Below, in pieces: positions 54,801 to 64,000 of a stretch of DNA of 64,000 nt (its first letter is position 1; each line of letters begins with the position of its first letter). Source of the stretch: Ascidiella aspersa (lineage: Eukaryota). A program made the position numbers and the translations under genes. The stretch lies in contig OZ004610.1 of assembly GCA_963924565.1 (NCBI GenBank), forward strand, positions 10,230,001 through 10,294,000. Reading direction: 5' to 3'. The notes beneath the pieces were generated by a model. It had not been told where the DNA came from. It saw nothing but the letters and a program-made list of their open reading frames with translations, and made no database searches.

Positions 54801-57800
54801 ACGTTATACAGTTTAATATCGCATTTTGGCCAAATTTACCCTAATATGACAGAAAAGACATTCTATTACCTGGACAAGTATGGTTTTCCCTGAGTTCGAC
54901 GTTTCCGCAGCCGCGAAACCTTGTTTGGCTGCCTTTGTCGCAAGAACCGCGACAGGAAGACCACGGTTGCCAGGCGCTCCACGCTGGAGAGGTCCCGTTG
55001 TTGCACAACTTACCGAAGCATGGTCTCGTTTCTGTTGCGTTGTTTGTCGAAGTAGGGTTACACTCTTCGGCCGGCAAACTTTACAAAAAAATGTTGTTTT
55101 TTTTTTCAACGCCCAGCTCGCTATGTTTAACGCTATTTGCAACTATATATTTATACCTCCCAGCTTCGTTTGTTATCGATTTTTCTATAGTATAACATAT
55201 GGAAGTTGAGGTATTTACCTCTGTAACTTGTTGAAGCAACTCCGTTGTCTTGATTGTGTCCCAGCTTTGCAGGACTGACTACAATCGCTCCAAGGCGACC
55301 AATGGGCCCACGAAGGGGGACAAGGAGCACTGTGAAAACAGCAATTTGCTTGAAATACTTTCGTGTTTAATGGGTTTGTAACTATATCCAGATTTGGAAA
55401 AATTAAAAGCAGTAAAATATCACTGCAATTGGTTTAGACCCTTCTGTAATGGCTTCGCTTTTCAGCCAACAAAAACACAGCTATTACCTAACATTGCATC
55501 TGCTTATTTGTCGAAGCTCTTCCTCTACGCAACGGCTTTCCTGACGACAATTTCTCGACCTCATTCTTATTCCCCTTGTTCCTCCGCACGACTGCGAGCA
55601 ACCACTCCAGGGTTGCCACATGTCCATTGTACACGATACGTTTTGGTAACAAGGGCGCATCTGTACAGTCGTTTGTATATATAAAAATCTCTGGGTAAAA
55701 CAAATTTTAAATCATTAACTTACCTCCTCTTTGCTTCCAGCACAAGTGTTTCCACCCAGAAAGCAGTTTCTTTGTCGTTGCTGGATCCCGCCATTACAGG
55801 TGACTAACCACAAAAAGAGTTACATGTAGTTGTTTGGGTGGTTTTGCAGAATGTAGAGCTTTCTATTTATCTATGTGTAATTATTGGACAATAAATAACT
55901 TACCGGAACACGTTGACCACTCAGTCCAAGAGTTCCAACCATGTGATGTGCCATTGGTGCAGTTCGTTTCTGGAGAATCACGACGCTTGTTATGTGTTTC
56001 GCAAAATTTTATTAGAAACTTTAATAAACGAAAACTTGTCGGTAAAAATTTATCGTGTAAATGCGAAGCGAAACTTTTGTAATAATGGTTAGTGTGCCAG
56101 ATTTAAATTAACAATTTAAATCAAACTAAACTGACCTGTAGTGGCTTGGCAGTCGATATTTCCACGGCGTTCACATTTACATGTCGTACAATCCCTAGTC
56201 ACACTGTGATTCTGACTGACAGCGGTCACGCCTATAACAACATTAAGTACACCTTATATTTCACAAGAAGGCAAAAGTGAACAATAGATCTACACTTTGT
56301 AGCTTTAATTTAAAAGCAAACATAAGACCCCAAGGTTGATTCTTTTAAAGTTGGCACTTGCGAATCTTACTCCATATAAAAACAGATTCTAAAAACTCAC
56401 TTATGATATGGGAACATCAAGCTATAAAGTGTGAAAGTAAACAGTAAGGGTTAAAACAAGCCATTACACACCTGTTTCTTCAATAAGAAAGCAGGGGCAG
56501 TTGTCAGGCTCGACACAACGATATTTATCGCTGTTTTCTACAGGACTTAAGAGTAGACCTTTTGGACAGGTGCATTGGGGTATACAGTTATCCCACCGTC
56601 GTTCGCGATCTACACATAAAACAAAACTGAAGTCTAATCTTTTAAATCTTAATAAAGAATCACCTTATTCAAAAGAGAAATTTCTGAAGTTTCATCTAAT
56701 TTAGTAACCAACTAGTTGATACCTAATGTTGGTTAAACAAAGCAAAACGTTATATTATAAAACTATTATACACAATTTATTATTAAAAACCAGATTTCTA
56801 GTATAGGTAAACAGTGAAAAATATTTATATTGAAGTAGGTCTATTTCTTGCTTATTTTAATGCGTCAGTTCTTACATGGAGGTTCGTGTAGCAATTCATT
56901 TCCGTTCAGGCATTGAACTTTGGTCGACAGACCCAAACACGATTTAACTTCTTTCGAAGTCGGAGAGCTTTCACAAGGTGATAGCACAAGACCAGGTGGG
57001 CAAGTTAAACCGCATCGACCGATATTCCACCTAATACAAAAACTAAGTTAATTCTCTAAAAGACAAATTTAAACAACAAACGTACATTCCTATTGATTTT
57101 CCTTATATAGAACGAGTATTATCAACATATGTTTTATACACATTTTCACCTGCACGGCTTAGTTTGCAATTTGATTCCATTACATGGCGATGACGTCACA
57201 CAATGACGACTTCTCACGCTATATGGCGAATCGCATGTACACTCGGTCCAGTCACCCCATCCTCCCCAACTAGAAGGGTTATCCGGGTCGGTGGGGCAAT
57301 GGGGGGTCCGGGGACAAGTTGATGTCTGGGTCTGTTTCGATTCGTTTTTAGGCGTCGCGTCGTTGGTCGTTTCACATGTGAGTGGTTTTCCATCGTGGTT
57401 AACTGGGGCTGAACAGGCACATGACCTGACTCTTTTTCGTTCATGGAGACTGCACGATCTAAATAGATATTTTCATTTGTACACTTGTAGTACCACCTGG
57501 CTTCAATACAATTGTTGTTTATTTAAAATCACTAAATGGACAAACAGAATAAGGCAGTGATTCCAAAACTATGTGCCGCGACACACTCGTACACTAGTAA
57601 TTTTGGAAAAATAAGTTATTTGTATTACCAATAGCATACACGCAAACATTTTAGACTTAAATGCGCACTATCTATTACAAATTTATAATATTGAGACATT
57701 TACATATAGTTGGTCGTGTGCTAAGGGTGATAGTATAGTATATTGTTATTCTGTTAAAAGTATGCCGCGTTATACTCAACATTTTTGTAGTGTACTGCAA

Positions 57801-60800
57801 GCAAATAATTAAGTTTGAGAACCACTGTAATAAGGCAATAGCTTTTGTATAACGTTCTTGGTTTACCTTTCATCACAATACGACCAGTGCGACCAAGCGC
57901 ACCATTCCCCTTTGTTTTCACAACGCATGATGCCGTTGCGACAGTTGCAACGACGAGCAATCGGCTGGCTGTGCACCACACTCTAAGTTAAAAGATATTT
58001 TAAGTATTGTCGCACTGCTTATTCAACAGTTGAACTGGTAGCAACTAGCAGTATTGTAATGACTTAAGTTAATTGACTTAAGTGCACTTAACTCACTGTG
58101 TTCAAATGACTTGACTTAAGTATTTTAGACACATGACTTGAGTTGAATTAAGTGCCTCCAATTTTTTGTAAAATTTGATTATTTATTTTTTACGAGAACA
58201 TCGTTACGGCACATTTGACCACTGGCGACTCTGTACATACTGAGTTTTCGGCGTAAAAAATCCCCGTAGTTGCGTCGAAGCAGCCGCATTGGTCGCTATC
58301 CACACAGGACTTGAAATCTCTGGATAACAACATGCCTGTAGGGCAGTGACATCCTGGCGTACAAGAGGCAGCGCAAACCTGATAAACCAACGAATGCCAT
58401 CTTTAGAACGAATTTTTTGCAAGCAAAAATTTCTGTATATTTTTTAATTTGATTTAACTTTGAATCTTTCACTAAAAATAATATGATAATTAGGCGTTTC
58501 AAGTGCCACTTGTTTTTTTTATATTAGAAGAAATCGTCTCCGCAGAATAAATCCTGTTTCGAAGCGTGAGAAATCGATTTGTTATTGCAACTTTCACTAA
58601 AATTCTCTAAAAGCAAACGACAAATCTGTAACGCGTACAGTTTGCTCGTTGTATTCCTTATTTAGACAAAATTTTATGCTTTATGAAAATAAGTTGTTAT
58701 ACGTTTTTAAAGGGTTTTTATATCTTACGCAGTGACGTGTTTCTAACTTACTGACCTCTTCTCCAAAACACGATTTAGTGCAAATAGGCCTGCATTCGCT
58801 GTAGCGACTTCCCGGAAGAAGGAGTTGACACTCGGCATCGGTGATCGGAGGTGTTGCGTTGTCGTCACAAGGTGGCGCCGTGCTGTTTGTCTCGCAAAAG
58901 GCAACTTGTGTGGATTTACCGGCGCACTGACCTTATTATACAAATACATAATTTGCAAGCATGTTTATTTATTGTAAGTTTGTGTTTCTGTACTTCAACT
59001 ATATTTAAAGTTAATAATACGGTACATTGTAATATGTTAGTTATTCTATCTCATAATTTTTGTATCTTTTAGGGCATTTAATGTGACTACAAAAAAAGTA
59101 ATATATTACGCTAGTTATATACCTGCGTTTGCTTTTTGTTCACACTTTCTGCTTCTGGTCCTAAAAGAACTTTGCGTTGCGTTTGACTGGCACGTGACTG
59201 AGCACTTCGACCAATCAGACCAACTGCTCCAAGTCACGTGATTGGGACACTGTGGAAGCGACGCATTGTCGCAGCGGCTTGTTTCGACCGTTGTAGTACA
59301 GTTGAATGATCTATTTTTAATAACATTTACCATAAGTTCTTTTATGTAGAACCTATTTATGCCAACAACAATGCATGACAGTTTATTTCTAGCATACTTA
59401 TTACATAACAAAACAATAACTTCGTATTTTAAAAATTGATGCATTTAATTAAAATCTTTAAAAGCATTTGAATTATTACGATCCCTGTTAAAAAAAAGCC
59501 TCTAATTTATTTACTCACCCTTGCAGGCATTGTCGGTATCTGTGTCTCCACGAGTGTTCATTACCGCTGACGCAAGTTGTACTACATGAACCCCAAGACG
59601 ACCAAGAGTTTCCGCACGTTGTCAGGTCTTTCAAAAGAATTTGTTTATAATAATAATACCCTCGGTTTAATCATGCAGTCGGTCTTACCTGTGCAGTTGT
59701 AATTTGTTCCCGGACATGCCGTTGTGCTGCAATCACGTTGCTCCATCAGACTCTTGTTGCAATGTCCGTTGATGTATTGGTTTATATACCGGGATTGGAA
59801 AGATCTGGAACCGAACATGTTTTGTCAAAGTTGTCCCTCATAAATACAAACACAACGTTTTGTCGAAAACGAGTGCAAATAGTTTCAGTTTTTACATACG
59901 AGTAGGCCCTATTCACGTGTAATCCAAAACCGAAATAAAGCTTCTGTCTGTATCACTTACCCAAATCTTCGTTGAATACCAACACCACAACTGCGCGTGC
60001 ACGTTGACCACTCCGACCACACGACATTGTTTTTGGTGATGTCATCACATTCTTCTGACGTCATGCAACTGTTTGTCCCGCTATTCTTAGTCGTACACGT
60101 CACTACCCCGTTGACGCACACGCACATTGTGCAGCGACCAAGGAAGAAATGTGTTGCCGGTCTGTAAAAGTGATAAAAACAATCCGAAAAAATAACGAAG
60201 GGCGTTTCATTAACCATGGCTAAAACATTTTACGTTTGGTAATTAAATCTAGTATGTTTCCTGGTAGTGCAACTCTGAATTTGGTAGTACAACTGTGAAT
60301 TATTAACCAGTTACGAAATCACCACGTGTGTACGTTATCACGGAATTTCTTAAAACGCTCGCGCTTATTCAAGCCTTTTTAATGCGTCTTAACAAGTAAA
60401 ATATACATGCTTATGGTGCTTATAATCACCTCTGATTGGTTAGAAAAATACATAGTAGTCTAGTCATTCTTACCGTCTTACAATCCCCATGGCGTAGCAG
60501 TTGCACCGTTCCCGCGGCACACATGCCCCGTTTTGCAGGAACAGACCATCGCGACACTCGCATCTCTCCAGATCGCACGAAGCATTGCTGTTGGTGATGT
60601 TGTCGTGGTTACAAACAATGTCATCCCCGAAATCGCTGTTTAGCCCGAAACATGTGGAAACTACAAATTGCCAATATATGGCGGCCTGTTAGACCGAGAA
60701 TTTAATGTATTTTTTTATACTTATTTTTATAATTTACCTTTGTTGCACGAATTGCATCCCTTGACTAGGGTTGCCCCCGCCGTACAGCCTCCATCTTTGC

Positions 60801-63800
60801 ACGGTAGATTGTTGCAGGATCTAACCTGAAAAGGTAAAAACCTTATTATTTAAAGGAAAGTCAGAAAATGAACTGATATATTAAACATCCTTATCAATGT
60901 AAATAGTTGCCGAAAAATGTTTGCTCTAGCGAAAACTATCACTGCTATTGTAGAGTTAAGTTACTTCGGGATATTAAAAGTTCCTCTACATACCCGATGT
61001 GACTTTCCAGGACATGCCTCCGTTCCTTGCGATTTGCAAGATCTTCGTTTAACCTGAACTCCACCATTGCAGGATCTTTAAAGATATAACAGCCTTTACT
61101 ATTGAAACCTCGCAAAAAATCACATTAAATAAAAACAAACCTGTCACATCGCGACCATTGAGACCACTGTGTCCAGGCCACTTCCATTGGACAAATACTC
61201 AAACCGCAATGGACAGATTGCAATTCTTCCCCGTTACATGGTTCACCATCTTTTGACACAAACAAAGCAAGATAAGTCAAGTTGCTTGGAAAATAATGAG
61301 TAGAATTTTGATACTTACTAGGTAAATTGCAATGTCTGAATCGTCGACTTGTCCCAATCGCTGTTTGAACTGACCCATTTTTTCTGCAACAATTTTTAAA
61401 TGCAATTCAGCAAATGAAATAAAAAGATAAGTTGCATTTTTTTATCTTTTAATATCGATTAAAATACATATTTTCTTGTCACGTTGCATGCTCTCCCAGC
61501 TTATTGCAAAGATGTCACTTCGACTTACATATCTACGCATGAGCGACTGCACGTTGACCACTGGCTCCATGGCAACCATCCTGGTTCGCCGCAAGTTCGA
61601 TTTGTACAAATCATCCTCCCACTGCTGCAAGTGCATTGGTTGCAATCCCAGTTAACGCTTTCTCCCGGGTTGAGATATACCCTCGGCGTTACTTCAAACT
61701 GCGGCCTGTATCTGGACAAGTTGCACTTGCACCCTTCGATGGGAATGCATCTTCCGTTCTGTTAAAGAAATAAGAGTATTGGTGGCTTTATAATTTAGAA
61801 GCAGCGTGTTAGAGTAGTGTTAAACGGAACAATATCGGTTAAGCAGCGAATAAAAATTTTGATTATACAGCTTATATTTAAATAATAATCGTGTTTTTTT
61901 TTAGTTGTAAACAATTAGTTATGAAAAATCCACGAACTTTGTATCTTAAAGTTGTTGTATAAAATACTCTAAAAAAATCAAAACTTTACGTTTACGGGAA
62001 CAGCCTACCTGCAGGTACAAGCCCTCTGGACAAGCGCATGTCCACCGGCACTGGCCAAAGCACGACGGACCCACTGTTACGTCACTTGCTACGTCATCGC
62101 AGCTGCCCGTACACGTGACGCACCGAAAGCTTGCGTCAGGCGAACACGTGGAGCAGCTGGAGTTGGATGTGGATGATTCGGTGCAGATTCTAGTTTGTCT
62201 GGTGCTTGTTTTGCCGTTGAAACGACAGTTTGAAATATGAACTTCGCCGCTGTCGACTGGTTATACAAGTTAGAAAAAAAATTAGGGATTTTATTGGAAA
62301 ATAACGAGGTGCTGTATAAAACATAATCAGTTTATGTCGAAACATTGTCTTTCGTTTTATTAAAAAAGGTATTGTTTAGAAGCGTTGTACATGTTTCGTC
62401 TACCTTTGGTGTAAAAGGCTGCCGGTGAATATTGCGCCATATAAAAAACTTAAGAATACAAAAAAAGATTGGGGGTACTTTCTTTGTAGACAAAAGTGGA
62501 ACAAATACGTCCATACGGAGAAAGACATGCGTTTTCGGTGCCGAGGTTACTTAGTGGTACAAGGTTGCTGATCAAGACCGCACAGCAACTCATAACGGCT
62601 TTCTTGCAACTCTCTTAGACGTTCAACACATCCTTCCACGGATATCGCGATAAAAAAAACACTAACACCCATACCTTGACACTTTCTTTGCCGAAACTGC
62701 CTCCCAACGCCGCAAGTTGTTGAGCATCGGCTCCATTTCGTCCACGGAGACAGGAACGAAGGACAAGAAGCGTTGCTCGCAGAACCGCAAGGTTGAGTTT
62801 CGTGTCCTGAACCCTCGCAGTCACTACCCCGAGGTCCCGACTTTGATGGGTTGGTTGGGGATCTAAAGCGGTGAACGCGCCCGTTGCTGCCGCAAGTCCT
62901 GTAACGCAATAAACGTCACATTTAAACCGCGGGGTTTGGCAATTTTAAGATACCTGCTATATGAAGTACACCGAAAAGCCATCGCAGACTCGCCGAATCT
63001 GTCGATCTATGATGCAAGCAGAGCAAGCCAGAAAAACAACTGGCCTGCAGTGAGGTTCGAACTCACGACCTCCGGTCAAGCCGGGACCGTCGCTCTACCA
63101 ACTGAGCTATACAGGCTCAGAGAGGAGCGAGTCGAGAAACAACCATGCGCCAATACTTGCACATTTTGTTAGTACAAGCAACTTCACACTGGGGGATCAT
63201 CAGTCCACTTTTCGGTGTACTATTGATACGGAAGCCGTAATCGTTGGTCATAAAGCAACTTCCGAGGGGCTAGATCACAGATGTTATTAAACACATATGT
63301 TTGTGTGTGTCTTTCATTGCTATATGAAGCTATCAGAGTACGGCCTCGATATTTGACATTTACGCCGGAAAGGTTTACCCAACCTTACACTTTTTGTTTT
63401 TAAAGTCGATTGCTTGTTGGCAATGGGTTTAAAGTAAAGTTTCAGTTTGAAAAAAATATTTTTCGTATTAGAAGTATTTTAAACCTAACTGTAATAAAGG
63501 TATTGCTATATTAGGGAGAATATCGGCATGTATTTTACCTATTTCTTTACATGTGAGCATTTTTTGGTTTCTTTTTAACTCTTAACATAGCGATGCGAGT
63601 GGCGTACTGCAGTGTGCGGACCGTCACCAGGAGATGACAGATCATCGAACAATATAAAGCCTAATACAAACCTTTTAACATAAACCTAGTTACCTGTCGC
63701 AATGTGACCAAGTACTCCAGCGCGACCAGCCGCAGTCAACGCTGCAGTTTGATTGACAGCTCGTTCGCCCCGCAACACAGGAGCAGTCGCAACCGCCGAC

Positions 63801-63846
63801 GTCAAAACGTGACCCTGGTTCCTCTTCCTTGTTCTTCCCTGTGCAA
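48840..63846 (-). CDS. SSPO: SCO-spondin-like secreted Cys-rich protein (TSP1/TSR repeats, TIL, VWC-like modules, C-terminal cystine knot); 3' portion, 5' end outside the window
   Basis: Many short exons carry WxxWSxCSxxCGxGxxxRxR TSR motifs (e.g. 62675-62900, 59960-60160, 59140-59310, 55490-55660). TIL/VWC-like patterns: CTPGCHCPTGMLL..CVDSDQCGC and DCNQCTCSSGRMIC. CTCK exons ~50800-50665 (CEAR..GC..YCAGRCRS) and ~49265-49114 (CECC..VTLTC..ITSCACQAC). Last exon 48871-48840 is GNSALKTADP*. Orthology to SSPO is inferred from domain order only. Confidence 0.78.
49523..49725 (+). mobile_element. tRNA-like-core repeat, copy 3 (core 49599-49671), more diverged, opposite orientation
   Basis: GCCTGAGTAGCTCATTGATAGAGCGACAGTCCAGATAACTCTGGAGGTCGTGAGTTCGAACCTCACTGCAGGC followed by a T-run. 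Flanks match the reverse complement of copies 1 and 2. Confidence 0.78.
49766..50273. mobile_element. hAT-type MITE
   Basis: CAGTGCTCAGCAACC...GGCTGCGCAGCACTG with perfect TSD GTCTAACC. Confidence 0.8.
51106..51418. mobile_element. hAT-type MITE
   Basis: CAGTGTCTCTCAACC...GGTTGAGTAACACTG with TSD CTCTAATG/CTCGAATG and internal GGCGACCCA repeats. Confidence 0.8.
52849..53156. mobile_element. hAT-type MITE
   Basis: CAGTGGTTCTTAAACC...GGTTGAGAACCACTG with perfect TSD GCCTAACT. Confidence 0.85.
53946..54252. mobile_element. hAT-type MITE
   Basis: CAGTGATTTCCGACC...GGTTGGGAGCCACTG with TSD CTTTAGAG/CTTTAGTG. Confidence 0.8.
57555..57827. mobile_element. hAT-type MITE
   Basis: CAGTGATTCCAAAACT...AGTTTGAGAACCACTG with TSD GAATAAGG/TAATAAGG. 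Confidence 0.75.
58060..58153. repeat. GACTT(A/G)-unit low-complexity repeat
   Basis: Repeated GACTTAAG/GACTTG units in an SSPO-like intron. Confidence 0.55.
62965..63221 (-). mobile_element. tRNA-like-core repeat, copy 2 (core 63043-63116), bounded by 14-bp inverted repeats
   Basis: The core is 73/74 identical to copy 1. AGTACACCGAAAAG (62965-78) and CTTTTCGGTGTACT (63208-21) are perfect inverted repeats. Confidence 0.8.
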
Positions 63847-64000
63847 CTGGAACACATTAAAGGATTAGTTTAAATGACCTCGACTGGGTATTTATGATTA
63901 TGGGAACTTAGTAAACCGAAAAATCTAAACAAACTGATTTTCGATTTACTAAGTTCTGTATTTAGTTTAATCTTTATCATTGGCGTGCAACCAGAATCGT

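Noticed and set aside
57930-57975. Apparent +1 frameshift in an SSPO-like exon (ADCSS / CNCRNG)
   Set aside because: An in-phase reading from the upstream acceptor (SVVHSQPIARRCNCRNGIMRC) is open, and the module also lacks the presumed partner Cys. No frameshift is needed.
1-64000. Prokaryote-type systems (CRISPR arrays, operons, rRNA)
   Set aside because: The sequence is spliceosomal-intron-rich animal DNA. No regularly spaced repeat-spacer array or rRNA-like segment was seen.

Overview
AT-rich, intron-dense animal genomic DNA, most likely an ascidian/tunicate. This is an inference from the compact introns plus an intron-containing connexin, a DUOX and a SCO-spondin-like gene. Four spliced genes were reconstructed by hand: DHX37 RNA helicase (+, 58-12214, complete); a highly divergent 8-exon connexin-like gene (-, 13134-22113, about 380 aa, not visible as a single ORF and needing one GC-AG intron); a complete dual oxidase (-, 26127-43637, about 32 exons); and the 3' part of a SCO-spondin-like TSR/TIL/VWC/cystine-knot gene (-, 48840 to beyond 64000). 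Introns and intergenic DNA carry many hAT-type MITEs with 8-bp TSDs (two nested pairs), a fold-back repeat family and three copies of a repeat with an internal tRNA-like core. The strongest lead is the connexin. It has only four extracellular cysteines, a roughly 22-aa acidic insertion in extracellular loop 1 with four N-glycosylation sequons, a shortened loop 2, a long N-terminal extension and a Cys/His cluster in a very short cytoplasmic loop. It therefore looks like a connexin converted into a pannexin-style non-docking hemichannel, lying directly downstream of an H2O2-producing DUOX. A second lead is a 27-bp inverted complementarity between DUOX intron 1 and an insertion-encoding part of exon 5. 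All calls are by eye; no searches were run.
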